A DNA stretch of 64,000 nucleotides from a bacterium HR16 (GTDB taxonomy: Bacteria > Armatimonadota > HRBIN16): NCBI GenBank assembly GCA_002898895.1, contig BEHS01000001.1, forward strand, positions 7,106 through 71,105, read 5' to 3'. Below are positions 9,542-19,070 of this stretch, piece by piece. The notes beneath the pieces are model-generated. The model had not been told where the DNA came from. It searched no databases and saw nothing but the letters and a program-made list of their open reading frames with translations. Each line of letters begins with the position of its first letter. Within the stretch, counting starts at the first letter, position 1. Position numbers and translations under genes: made by a program.

Positions 9542-10533
9542 TTCGCCGCCATCTACAACAGGTTGCTCAGGTGTTGCGGGAGGCAAAGAGCGTGGTTCTT
9601 GCCTGCCATCTCAACCCCGACGGCGATACGCTGGGATGCGCGCTGGCTCTTCAGGCGACGCTGGAGGGGTTGGGCAAGCGAGTAATCACCCTGAGCAGTG
9701 ACGGCGTGCCGGAGATATATCGCTTCTTGCCTGGCGCGGAAAAGATACTCACCTCCACCGAGCAACGCGGCTTCGATGTGGCGGTGGTGTGTGATACCGG
9801 TATGCCCGAGCGCATCGGGAAGGCGAAAGATGCGGTGTTCTCGGCGCGAATCGTCGTGGATATCGACCACCATGTCACCGAAGGCGCGTTCGGCGACATC
9901 CGTATCCAGCAGCCCAAAGCTGCCGCCACTGCCGAAATCGTCTACCGCCTGCTGAAAGTGATGGATGTACCGATTACGCCCGCCATCGCCACCTGTCTGC
10001 TCACCGGCATCATCACCGATACCGGTCTCTACCGTTACATGAACGTCTCGCCCACCACCTTCCGCTTAAGCGCAACCCTGATGGAGGCGGGGGCATCGCC
10101 TGCGCAGATTGCCGAAGAGGTTTTTGAACGACGCTCCTTCCCCAGCGTGAAACTGCTGGGGCGCGCCCTCGAACACATCCGGCAGGAAGAGGATGGACGG
10201 CTGGTGTGGTCCTACCTGAGCCACGAGGATTTCGCCGAGCTGGGCGCCACAGACGAAGACACTGAAGGCATCATCACCCAGCTGCGAGCAGTGCGTGATA
10301 GCGTGGTGCTGGCGCTGTTGCGGGAAGTGAAGCCCGGGCGTGTGCGCGTGAGCGTGCGCAGCCGCGACGAGCGTATCGACATGGCAAAGCTGGCAGAGAA
10401 GTTCGGAGGGGGCGGGCATCGGCTGGCGGCAGGGTTCTGGGTGGAAGGTAACATCGCCGAGGTGAAACAGAAAGTGATTGAGACACTGCGAGAATGGATG
10501 CACTGCTCAACCTCTACAAGCCAGCGGGCATGA
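9538..10533 (+). CDS. nrnA: DHH-family phosphoesterase (NrnA-like oligoribonuclease/pAp phosphatase)
   Basis: DHH motifs (HLNPDGDTLGCALAL, VDIDHH) and DHHA1 C-terminal GGGH. Confidence 0.8.
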   Translation: MIRRHLQQVAQVLREAKSVVLACHLNPDGDTLGCALALQATLEGLGKRVITLSSDGVPEIYRFLPGAEKILTSTEQRGFDVAVVCDTGMPERIGKAKDAVFSARIVVDIDHHVTEGAFGDIRIQQPKAAATAEIVYRLLKVMDVPITPAIATCLLTGIITDTGLYRYMNVSPTTFRLSATLMEAGASPAQIAEEVFERRSFPSVKLLGRALEHIRQEEDGRLVWSYLSHEDFAELGATDEDTEGIITQLRAVRDSVVLALLREVKPGRVRVSVRSRDERIDMAKLAEKFGGGGHRLAAGFWVEGNIAEVKQKVIETLREWMHCSTSTSQRA

Positions 10534-11432
10534 CCTCGCGCGAGGCAGTAGACGCCGTACGCCGAATACTGGGTGTACGACGGGCTGGACACACCGGCAC
10601 GCTGGACCCCGGTGCGGAAGGGGTGTTGCTCATCTGTCTGGGCAAAGCCACCCGCCTGAACGAGTTTCTGCAATGGCTCCCCAAAACCTATCGCGCGACG
10701 ATGGTGCTGGGTGTGCAGACCGATACGCAGGACATGGAAGGGAAGGTGATTGCCAGCACCGATGCCGGCGGTATTACGCGCGAGATGCTGGAAGCTGTGC
10801 TGCCCCGCTTCACGGGAGAGATCGAGCAGATTCCGCCCATGCACTCGGCGGTACACCACGAGGGAAGGCGGCTGTACGAGCTTGCTCGAGAAGGGAAGGT
10901 GGTGTCCAGAGAGGCTCGTAAGGTGCAGGTATATCGTCTGGAGCTATTGCGCTTCTCGCCCGGCGAACACCCTGAAGCGGAAATCGAGGTGGAGTGTTCC
11001 ACCGGAACCTATATCCGCACCCTGTGCGCGGACATCGGTGACGCGCTGGGCGCAGGAGGAGCCATGAAGTCGTTGGTGCGCACCGCAATCGGTGCCTTCC
11101 GCGTTGAAAACGCGGTGACCCTTCAGCAGCTGGAAGCGGGCGACGCTGCAGACCATCTCATCCCGATGGCGAAGGCGGTGGAGGATATTCTTCCTGTCTG
11201 GACACCTCATCCTCGCGTGCTGCGCCTGTTTCGGCTGGGTAGATTCGTGAAGCCGAAACCTTTTCCACCTGTGCCTCTGCCGGAAGATAAACCTCCTTAC
11301 ATCGCCGTACTGGATGCGGCAGGCGATTTGTTCGCCATCGCAACCGTACGCCGTGATGAGGTATGGCCCTACAAGGTCTTCGGTGAGCATGTGCTGTATC
11401 ACCCACGTAGCGTGGAGGAGGATTTGGGGTGA
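10494..11432 (+). CDS. truB: tRNA pseudouridine(55) synthase TruB
   Basis: LYKPAGMTSREAVD...GHTGTLDP catalytic Asp motif and PUA-like C-terminus. True start may be a later in-frame codon. Confidence 0.9.
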   Translation: MDALLNLYKPAGMTSREAVDAVRRILGVRRAGHTGTLDPGAEGVLLICLGKATRLNEFLQWLPKTYRATMVLGVQTDTQDMEGKVIASTDAGGITREMLEAVLPRFTGEIEQIPPMHSAVHHEGRRLYELAREGKVVSREARKVQVYRLELLRFSPGEHPEAEIEVECSTGTYIRTLCADIGDALGAGGAMKSLVRTAIGAFRVENAVTLQQLEAGDAADHLIPMAKAVEDILPVWTPHPRVLRLFRLGRFVKPKPFPPVPLPEDKPPYIAVLDAAGDLFAIATVRRDEVWPYKVFGEHVLYHPRSVEEDLG

Positions 11433-12349
11433 GAGGCTCCGACCCGCGCCCGTTGAGCCTGCGTGCCAGCGTCGTGACCATCGGCTCTTTCGACGGGGTG
11501 CACCGGGGACATCAGGCAATTATTCGTGTGGCTATCCAGCGCGCGCAGGAACTGCATATACCTGCTGTTGCGGTCACCTTTGACCGCCATCCACAGGAAG
11601 CCATTCAACCCGATAACGCGCCACCCTATTTAACCACCCTGACCAGTCGTCTGCGCCTGTTACTGAACACCGGGCTTCACGATGTGCTGGTTCTACGCTT
11701 CGACCGCGAGTTTTCCTCACTGCCTCCCGAAGCGTTTTTGCACTCGGTTCTGCAGAAGCACCTGAACGCGCGTCGTATCGTGGTGGGCAGGGATTTCCGC
11801 TTCGGGCATCGGCGGATGGGCAGTGTAGACTATTTACGGGAAGTGCAGGCGCGTTTCGGCTTCGAGGTGGAGGACGTACCGGACGTGCTGTACCGCGGCG
11901 AGCGCATCAGCAGTAGCCGAATCCGCCAGGCGTTGCTGGACGGCGAAGTGCAGGAGGCATCGGCTATGCTGGGCAGGGCGTATGTACTGGAGGGGATAGT
12001 GGTGCGCGGGAAACAGCTGGGCAGGAAACTGGGCTATCCGACGGTAAACCTGAGCCTGCGCGCGCCCCAGCTGGTACCGAAAGATGGAATCTACGCAGGA
12101 AAACTACTACACCCGCGTACGGGCAACAGCTACACGGCGGCGATTAGCATCGGCGTGCGCCCTACCGTGGACGGCACGAAGCGCACCATCGAAGCGTACC
12201 TGCTTGGTTTTTCAGGCAGTCTGTATGGTGAGGAGGTGCACCTTGCCTTCTTTCACCGCCTGCGTGACGAACGCAAGTTCGAGTCTTTACAGGCGCTGAG
12301 GGCGCAGATGGATAAAGACGTGCAACAGGTGGTGGAGCTGATGGGGTAA
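11429..12349 (+). CDS. ribF: bifunctional riboflavin kinase / FAD synthetase
   Basis: GSFDGVHRGHQ nucleotidyltransferase motif. Riboflavin-kinase C-terminal domain. Confidence 0.9.
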   Translation: MRGSDPRPLSLRASVVTIGSFDGVHRGHQAIIRVAIQRAQELHIPAVAVTFDRHPQEAIQPDNAPPYLTTLTSRLRLLLNTGLHDVLVLRFDREFSSLPPEAFLHSVLQKHLNARRIVVGRDFRFGHRRMGSVDYLREVQARFGFEVEDVPDVLYRGERISSSRIRQALLDGEVQEASAMLGRAYVLEGIVVRGKQLGRKLGYPTVNLSLRAPQLVPKDGIYAGKLLHPRTGNSYTAAISIGVRPTVDGTKRTIEAYLLGFSGSLYGEEVHLAFFHRLRDERKFESLQALRAQMDKDVQQVVELMG

Positions 12350-12363
12350 GAGTTCACCACATG

Positions 12364-12388
12364 GAGGGCGAGGCTCCGTCCGAGCCGA
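12364..12388. repeat. family-2 hairpin repeat (GGAGGGCGAGGCTCCGTCCGAGCCG), solo copy
   Basis: Same 25-mer at 46616-46640 and inverted at 62025-62052. GGCTC/GAGCC stem. Confidence 0.55.
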
Positions 12389-12409
12389 CATACGGGCAAG
12401 AATAAAGGG

Positions 12410-14935
12410 GTGATAAGCATGAGAAAGCAACCTGTCTTCGTCGTTTTACTATACATACTTTTCGTTTCTCTGTCCTGGGGGCAAGCACAAAAGCCCCCTG
12501 CTGCGCCTCCGCAGCTCTCCGAGAAGGACAAAAAGATTATCGCCCTGTTTGAAAAGGCGGTCTCGCTGCAGCGAGCAGGCAAGGCAAAGGAAGCAATTGC
12601 GGCGTATCAGGAGCTGCTCAATCTGCAACCCAACACGCCGATGGCGCGTTTCAATCTGGGCGAGATTTACATGGCGCAGGGGGACTTCTCAGCCGCCGAG
12701 GCGCAGTTCCGGCAAGTGGTAAAAGCCCTGCCTAAACTGCCGGAGGGCTATTTCCGGCTTGCAACCGCCCTTGCCCAGCAAAAGAAATGGCGTGAGGCGA
12801 CACAGATGGCACAGAAGGGCGTGCAGCTTGCCCCCAAAAGCGCGGAAGGGCATTTCGTGCTGGGAGTAATCTACCTCTCTCAGAAGCGTTTTGCGGAGGC
12901 GGAGAAAAGCCTCCTGCGCAGCAGCCAGCTGAACCCCAAAGCGACCAACACGCAGTTTAACCTTGCTTACGTGTACCTGCAGATGCGCCAGCCGCGCAAG
13001 GCTATACCCATTCTGAAAAAGATTACCGAGCAGGAGCCGAAAAACCCCGCGGCGTGGGCGGGGCTGGGAATGGCATGCGACATTGCGGGTGATTTACTCC
13101 AAGCACGCGATGCCTACCGCCGCGCTCTGTCTTTGCAACCCCAGAACGAGGACCTGACCCTGCGCCTGGCGATGGTACTGGGGCGCATGAATCAGCATAA
13201 GGAGTCACTGCAGCTGCTGGAGAGGTTGGTGAAGGCACACCCCAACGATGCCGGACTGTGGTTTGCCATCGGGCAGACGCATTTCAACATGCGGCAGTAT
13301 CGCGAGGCGGAAATCGCCTTTCGCAAGGTATTGCAATCGCAGCCGAAAAACGTGGCCGCGCAGGCAAACCTTGCGTTGTGTCTGCTGAATCAGAACCAGC
13401 TGGACAACGCCAAGCGTGAGTACGAAAAGCTGCGCCAGATGCGCCCGCAGGACGTGAACGCGCTGATGGGGCTGGCATACATTGCCGAAATGCAGGGACG
13501 CTGGGATGATGCCCTGAAGGAGTATGAGCAGTGGCAAAAGCAGGAGCCAAACAACCCCGAGCCGTTGCTGCGCAGTGCTCGTGTATGGCTACAGCGGGAT
13601 AAGGTCCCGCAGGCGATCAGCGTGCTGGAGAAGGCAGAGCGTCAGTTCCCCAGTAACGCGGGCGTGCTGATGCAGGTGGCAGATGTGCTGGCGCAGGCGA
13701 ATCAGTATGAAGAGGCACTCAAACGCTACCAGCGCATTCTGAAAATCGACTCCAAACATCTGGGCGCGCTGAACGGCGCAGGGCTGATGTGTGCTCGACT
13801 GAAGCGCAGCAAGGACGCGCTCGGCTACTACCGGCAGGTGCTGGATATTCAGCCCGACAACTCACAGGTGCTGTTCTTCATTGCCGACCTGTACGAGCAG
13901 GATAAAGACTACGCCGGGCTGGCAACCGAGATGCGTCGGGTGGTGCAGAGGAACCCCAAAAACGTGGTGGCGTGGTGGCGGCTGTCCATCGCTCTGGAGC
14001 GGCAAAACAAGATGGATGAAGCGCTTGCAGCGCTTCGGGAGATCGAGAAGCTGACACCCAACGATATGTTCTATCTGGTCAACATCCCCCGCCTGCTGGA
14101 CAATCAGGGTAAAACCGAGGAGGCGGCGAAAGAGTACCGCAAGCTGATTGCCCGCCAGCGCAAGGAGCCGCGCCTTTACGGGATGCTTGCCGCCCTGTAC
14201 AAAAAACATAACCGCCCCGACGAGGCGATAGCGGTGTACCAAGAGGGAATCAAGGAGCTGCCCAAGGACACCTACCTGCGCACTCTGCTGGCACGCACCT
14301 ACGAAGAACAGCAAAAGTGGGAAGAGGCAAAGCAGGTTTACGGACAGATTCTGCAGGTCGCGCCCACCGAACCCGGGGCATACAGCGGTTTGCAGAGGTG
14401 TCTTGTGCAACTGAAGCAAGAAGAGCAGTTCTCCGCTCTGGTTATGCCCATTATCGAACGCGATGCTTCGAATGAGGCGGCGGTGCGCGCTCTGGCGAAC
14501 TTTTACCGCGACCGGGGCAAACCCGCCGATGGAATACCACTTCTGGCTTCGCTATCGCAGAAGCACCCGAAACAGAAGGGCATATGGTTGACGCTGGCTC
14601 AGCTACAGCAGGAGGCAGGCAAAGAGGAGGACGCCCTCAAGAGCTACGAGCAGGTACTGCGGATAGACGGCACCGACCTGCAGGCGCTGCGCAGTATCGC
14701 GCAGATACATGAGAAGCGCAACGAGATCCTCAAAGCCGCAGGCATCTACGAGCGCATTCTGGCGGGCTATCCGCAGGACATCCCTACCCGCCTGCGTCTG
14801 GCGGGGATGTACGAGCAGGCAGGGCAAAAGCAGAAAGCTATCGAGCAGTATCGCGAGGTGCTCAAGCGCGATGCGAACAACACTATCGCGAAGGAGAGCC
14901 TGCAGAGATTAGGAGCCTCTTCTGCAGGAGGATAG
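12410..14935 (+). CDS. secreted tetratricopeptide (TPR) repeat protein
   Basis: Signal peptide followed by about 20 consecutive 34-residue TPR units. RBS AAAGGGGTG. Confidence 0.8.
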   Translation: MISMRKQPVFVVLLYILFVSLSWGQAQKPPAAPPQLSEKDKKIIALFEKAVSLQRAGKAKEAIAAYQELLNLQPNTPMARFNLGEIYMAQGDFSAAEAQFRQVVKALPKLPEGYFRLATALAQQKKWREATQMAQKGVQLAPKSAEGHFVLGVIYLSQKRFAEAEKSLLRSSQLNPKATNTQFNLAYVYLQMRQPRKAIPILKKITEQEPKNPAAWAGLGMACDIAGDLLQARDAYRRALSLQPQNEDLTLRLAMVLGRMNQHKESLQLLERLVKAHPNDAGLWFAIGQTHFNMRQYREAEIAFRKVLQSQPKNVAAQANLALCLLNQNQLDNAKREYEKLRQMRPQDVNALMGLAYIAEMQGRWDDALKEYEQWQKQEPNNPEPLLRSARVWLQRDKVPQAISVLEKAERQFPSNAGVLMQVADVLAQANQYEEALKRYQRILKIDSKHLGALNGAGLMCARLKRSKDALGYYRQVLDIQPDNSQVLFFIADLYEQDKDYAGLATEMRRVVQRNPKNVVAWWRLSIALERQNKMDEALAALREIEKLTPNDMFYLVNIPRLLDNQGKTEEAAKEYRKLIARQRKEPRLYGMLAALYKKHNRPDEAIAVYQEGIKELPKDTYLRTLLARTYEEQQKWEEAKQVYGQILQVAPTEPGAYSGLQRCLVQLKQEEQFSALVMPIIERDASNEAAVRALANFYRDRGKPADGIPLLASLSQKHPKQKGIWLTLAQLQQEAGKEEDALKSYEQVLRIDGTDLQALRSIAQIHEKRNEILKAAGIYERILAGYPQDIPTRLRLAGMYEQAGQKQKAIEQYREVLKRDANNTIAKESLQRLGASSAGG

Positions 14936-15027
14936 ACTGCTTGCGCTTTTGTGGTGTTTGTAATATACTTTTGATACCGGTGGTATAACCATAGCATTCT
15001 CAATCCCGAAAGGAGGAGGTACTCAGG

Positions 15028-17064
15028 ATGTCTCGTGTTCCTCGTTTGGTCGCGGGTCTACTGAGCTGGGCGTTTATCGTGTTTGTTGTTGCTCCCGCGC
15101 TCGCACAGATTAACTACCCCAACTTCAGCTCCTCAGCGGGGCTGAATCTGGTAGGCAACGCGCAGGTCACGGCGAACAGGCTCCGCCTCACCGAGAACCG
15201 TATGAGTCAGCAAGGGGCTGCGTGGTACGCCACCAAGCAGAACCTGACGAATGGCTTCTCGACCACCTTCCAGTTCCAGTTGCATGGGCCGTCCCCTGAG
15301 GATGGTCTGGGCTACGGATTGGGGTTCCACATTCAGAACGTCTCGGCGACCCTGAACGTCAATGAGACGGGCACTACCGGAACCGTCACCGTGAGCTTCG
15401 CCACCTTCTACCAGACGCCGGAGGGCGACTTCCCCAACGTAGTAGCGGTTTACGTGAACGGCACGCTGACAGGCGCCACCAGCCTCTTCCCCAACACCAT
15501 TAACATCAATGACGAAGGCGTGCACACCGCACGCATTGACTACGCAGGGGGCTGGCTGACCGTCTCCGTGGACAACGAAGCGGTGCTTTCGCTGGCTGTT
15601 GACCTCGCAGCCGCCGGCGCGATCGATAGCTCCGGCGCTGCATGGGTAGGCTTCAGCGGACGCACGGTATACGCTTACGAGAACACCGATGTGCTCAACT
15701 GGACGCTGACTCCGTTCATCTCGCCCGCCCGCACGTTGATTATTCTGGGCGACAACCCGTATGAGGGAGCAAACGTCACCGTATCGCCCACCGACCTGGT
15801 AAACACGGGCGACGGAGTGACCCCCTTCGTGCGCGTGTATCCTGCAGGTACACCCGTTACGTTGAACGCAGCAACCCTCGCGCCTGATGGCAACGAGTTC
15901 GAGAAATGGCAGATTGACGGCGTCGACTACTCCGGCGACCCCGAACTGCAGATAACGCTGGATGACAACCACATCGTGACGGCGGTGTACGAGTCCACCA
16001 AAGCCCCTGTGTGGGATACCGGCGCGCCGAAGACGGTCATCTTCAACAACCAGGAAGTGTACCTGGGCTACGTCTCCGGCAACTATTCAGCGACGCTACC
16101 CCAGCGGTGGTCCGCCATTCCCTTCCGTATCCCGACAGGCGGTGCGCTCGTCAGCCAGGTAGATGCGGACTGGTTCGTGGTGGATGGCTATCAGGGCGCG
16201 AACGTACGCTACATCATCTGGCGACGTACCGGCTTGAACCGACCGGTGGATGGAGACCAGGTGGCGCAGGGCGTGCTGGGTGCATACTCCGCAGGCATGG
16301 ACGACCCACGCGTCCCGGGTGGCGAGGACTGGCTGCACCGCTACTCTAACCTGAACATCCTCCTGCCGGAGGGCGATTACTACCTGACCATCTACGCGGA
16401 CGGCATCGGAGCCGGAAACACAACCGGTTTTAACGCGCTTGCGTGGCTGACCGGTGCCGACCTGCAGCCCTCAGAGGTGGAGCAGGACTTCATGTGGCGG
16501 TCGCGTTACTTCCCCAACCCCGGCTTCGAAGTGTACGCGCCAAACGCTATCCAGCCCAAAGCAGGACAAGACCCGAAGGACCGCTGGAACTGCGCCTTTG
16601 TGCTGTACGGCAAGCTGGCGGTCATTCGTGGAAACGTGGCGCTGGGCGACTACGGCGGCGACCCCTCGCTGGTTCCCATCTCCGTGCGCCTGCGTAAAGA
16701 GGGCGGCGGCGAGGAGACCCGCACCGTCTTCACCGACCGCAACGGCAACTACTCGCTGTGGGTAGAGCCGGGCACCTACGAGGTTTCCTTCAAAGCCAGC
16801 CACTGGCTGCGCGTGAATCTGACGGATGTCACGCTTGGACTGGCGGAAGAGGTCACCGGACAGAATGCCACGCTGACCAACGGCGACATCGACGGCGACA
16901 ACGAGGTCACGCTGTTCGACTTCGGTGGACTGGTGGCAGCGTTTGGCTCGATGCCCGGCGATAGCAACTGGAACCCCGATGCCGATCTGGACGGAGATTT
17001 AGAGGTCACCCTGTTCGACTTCGGCATCCTGGTTCGCAATTTCGGCGCGATTGGAGACGAGTAA
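15028..17064 (+). CDS. secreted protein: legume(L)-type lectin-like domain, carboxypeptidase-regulatory-like domain and C-terminal dockerin-like double repeat
   Basis: Signal peptide. N-terminal lectin-like segment. C-terminus TLTNGDIDGDNEVTLFDFGGLV...DADLDGDLEVTLFDFGILVRNFGAIGDE, near-identical to the C-terminus of the 35417-36916 product. Confidence 0.6.
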   Translation: MSRVPRLVAGLLSWAFIVFVVAPALAQINYPNFSSSAGLNLVGNAQVTANRLRLTENRMSQQGAAWYATKQNLTNGFSTTFQFQLHGPSPEDGLGYGLGFHIQNVSATLNVNETGTTGTVTVSFATFYQTPEGDFPNVVAVYVNGTLTGATSLFPNTININDEGVHTARIDYAGGWLTVSVDNEAVLSLAVDLAAAGAIDSSGAAWVGFSGRTVYAYENTDVLNWTLTPFISPARTLIILGDNPYEGANVTVSPTDLVNTGDGVTPFVRVYPAGTPVTLNAATLAPDGNEFEKWQIDGVDYSGDPELQITLDDNHIVTAVYESTKAPVWDTGAPKTVIFNNQEVYLGYVSGNYSATLPQRWSAIPFRIPTGGALVSQVDADWFVVDGYQGANVRYIIWRRTGLNRPVDGDQVAQGVLGAYSAGMDDPRVPGGEDWLHRYSNLNILLPEGDYYLTIYADGIGAGNTTGFNALAWLTGADLQPSEVEQDFMWRSRYFPNPGFEVYAPNAIQPKAGQDPKDRWNCAFVLYGKLAVIRGNVALGDYGGDPSLVPISVRLRKEGGGEETRTVFTDRNGNYSLWVEPGTYEVSFKASHWLRVNLTDVTLGLAEEVTGQNATLTNGDIDGDNEVTLFDFGGLVAAFGSMPGDSNWNPDADLDGDLEVTLFDFGILVRNFGAIGDE

Positions 17065-17067
17065 CCC

Positions 17068-18045
17068 TCATCCCCGTGCCCCCTCTCCCGAAGCTTCAGG
17101 AGAGGGGGCTACACCTGCGCTGGCAATCAGCGTGCGTGGGGGGATAAAAGCGATGTCCTCCCGGGCGGTCTCCAGTGTCTGCACGGGAACATGCTCATGC
17201 CCCTTCAGCAGTTCACCGATGATTGCCTCCACCGAGCTTTCCGGCGTGGAGGCGCCACTCGTGATACCCACCGAGCGGTAGTCGGTGCGCCATTCGGGAA
17301 GCACCTCTTCGGGCTCCAGCAGCAGGTATGCGGGCACACCCGCCTCCTGTGCCACCTCGCGAAGCCGGTTGGAATTACTGCTGGAGCGGCTGCCGATGAC
17401 CAGTATCAGGTCGCATACCTTCGCCAGCTCCTTCACCGCGTTCTGGCGGTTGGTGGTCGCGTAGCAGATGTCCTCTTTGGGAGGCGTTTCGAGGTGCGGG
17501 AAACGTCGTCTCAGCACCGCCATGATACGCTCCACCTCGTATACGCTCAGGGTGGTCTGCGTGGCAACCGCAAGTTTGCCGTCCGGTACCTGCACGCGCT
17601 CGGCATCCTCTACCGTCTGCACCAGCGTGATTTGCCCGGGTGCGTGTCCCATCGTGCCTAAGGCTTCTACGTGTCCGGCGTGTCCGATGTAAATAATGTG
17701 GTAGTCCTGCGAAGCGAAACGCTGTACCTCGCGGTGCACCTTGGAGACCAGGGGACAGGTAGCATCGATTACCCGCAGGTTGCGCTCCGCCGCCGCCTGT
17801 CGCACTGCGGGCGACACACCATGTGCGCTGAAGACCACCGTCGAGCCCGGCGGGATTTCCGATACCTCTTCCACAAAGATAACCCCGCGTCGCTCGAACG
17901 AGTGCACCACATGCTCGTTATGTACAATCGCGTGGCGCATGTATATCGGTGTGCCGTACGCCTTAATCGCCAGGTCCAGTACTTCTATCGCGTACGACAC
18001 GCCGGCGCAAAACCCGCGCGGCGAAGCCAGAACGATACGCTCCAT
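17068..18045 (-). CDS. ispH: 4-hydroxy-3-methylbut-2-enyl diphosphate reductase IspH/LytB
   Basis: SPRGFCAGV, ATCPLV and conserved Cys ligands. About 15-residue C-terminal tail (SPEASGEGARG) encoded by the hairpin. Confidence 0.9.
   Translation of the reverse strand: MERIVLASPRGFCAGVSYAIEVLDLAIKAYGTPIYMRHAIVHNEHVVHSFERRGVIFVEEVSEIPPGSTVVFSAHGVSPAVRQAAAERNLRVIDATCPLVSKVHREVQRFASQDYHIIYIGHAGHVEALGTMGHAPGQITLVQTVEDAERVQVPDGKLAVATQTTLSVYEVERIMAVLRRRFPHLETPPKEDICYATTNRQNAVKELAKVCDLILVIGSRSSSNSNRLREVAQEAGVPAYLLLEPEEVLPEWRTDYRSVGITSGASTPESSVEAIIGELLKGHEHVPVQTLETAREDIAFIPPRTLIASAGVAPSPEASGEGARG
17080..17107. terminator. GC-rich hairpin (CCCCTCTCC-N10-GGAGAGGGG) between convergent genes
   Basis: Perfect 9-bp stem. 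The same CCCCTCTCCC...GGGAGAGGGG hairpin follows the paralogous dockerin gene at 36928-36956. No U-tract. Confidence 0.4.
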
Positions 18046-18104
18046 TGCGTCCTTTCCCTTTGCTCTATGTTTACTCTGGGCGAATGCGCATTGCCGTCCA
18101 TTTT

Positions 18105-18245
18105 GTTATGCTGAACGAAGTGAAGCATCTCCGAGATTCTTCGCTTCGCTCAGAATGACAACCTTTTACTGTCGTGCTGAGCGTCAGCGAAGCATCTCAG
18201 CGTGACGATAAAACGAGATTCTTCGCTCCCCCTCAGAATGACAGG
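18105..18245. repeat. family-1 hairpin repeats (GTCATTCTGAGCGAAGCGAAGAATCTC paired with GAGATGCTTCGCT..CTCAGCATGAC), two units
   Basis: Imperfect inverted 27-nt arms. Further clusters at 22157-22294, 23423-23603, 38174-38250 and 46481-46592. Confidence 0.65.
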
Positions 18246-18398
18246 GAAATTAAACCCGTCATCCTCTACACACTTCACCCGCTGATACTCAGATTGTACC
18301 TCAATCAATACTTTTTGGTGAGCAATATTTGCGCATTCTTAAACCTCGATGTATAATGGAAATGCTTCAAGCACGCAACCTTACTGGTGGGGGAAAGC

Positions 18399-19049
18399 AT
18401 GGCTATCGCAGCAGCGCATCGTACATCGGTCATTGCAGCCGACAATCATATCCTGCACAGGCTGCACTCGTTGTCCGGTATTGTGCCTGTTGGTATCTTT
18501 CTGGTTCAGCATTTGACGCTCAACTCCTTCGCGCTCGCCAGTCCTGCGCACTACAACGCGGTGATTGACTTCTTCAACGAGACGATGCCCCGCCATCTGT
18601 TGCATATCCTGGAATGGGGCTTCATCTTTATCCCCATCTTGTTCCACGCGCTGTATGGGCTGGTAATCACCGCGCATGGACAGGTGAACGTGGGACGGTA
18701 CGGCTACTGGCGCAACTGGATGTACCTGTGGCAACGCATCACGGGTATCATCCTGGTCATCTACATCGCGGCGCACGTATGGGGCACCACCATTAGCCAC
18801 CGGCTATACGGTACGAACCTCCACTACGACGGTATGGTTCAGTATTTTGGCAACCCATGGGTGGTGGCTTTCTACCTGCTGGGAATTACCTCTGCAACTT
18901 TCCACCTGTCCAACGGCATCTGGAACTTCTGCATTCGCTGGGGCATTACCATCAGCGAGCGGGCGCAGCGCGGGTGTGCGAAGGTGTGTGCGGTCATTTT
19001 TGTGCTGTTGACCGCGCTGGGGTGGTCGGCACTGTTCGCATTTCGCTAA
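18399..19049 (+). CDS. sdhC: succinate dehydrogenase / fumarate reductase cytochrome b subunit
   Basis: Five predicted TM helices with conserved His. RBS GGTGGGGGAAAG. Upstream of sdhA and sdhB. Confidence 0.8.
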   Translation: MAIAAAHRTSVIAADNHILHRLHSLSGIVPVGIFLVQHLTLNSFALASPAHYNAVIDFFNETMPRHLLHILEWGFIFIPILFHALYGLVITAHGQVNVGRYGYWRNWMYLWQRITGIILVIYIAAHVWGTTISHRLYGTNLHYDGMVQYFGNPWVVAFYLLGITSATFHLSNGIWNFCIRWGITISERAQRGCAKVCAVIFVLLTALGWSALFAFR

Positions 19050-19070
19050 AGGCTTAAGAGGTGATACTCG

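Noticed and set aside
14958-14989. Possible promoter TTGTAA ... TATAAC upstream of the lectin/dockerin gene
   Set aside because: Spacer length (20 nt) and -10 match are poor. Left uncalled.
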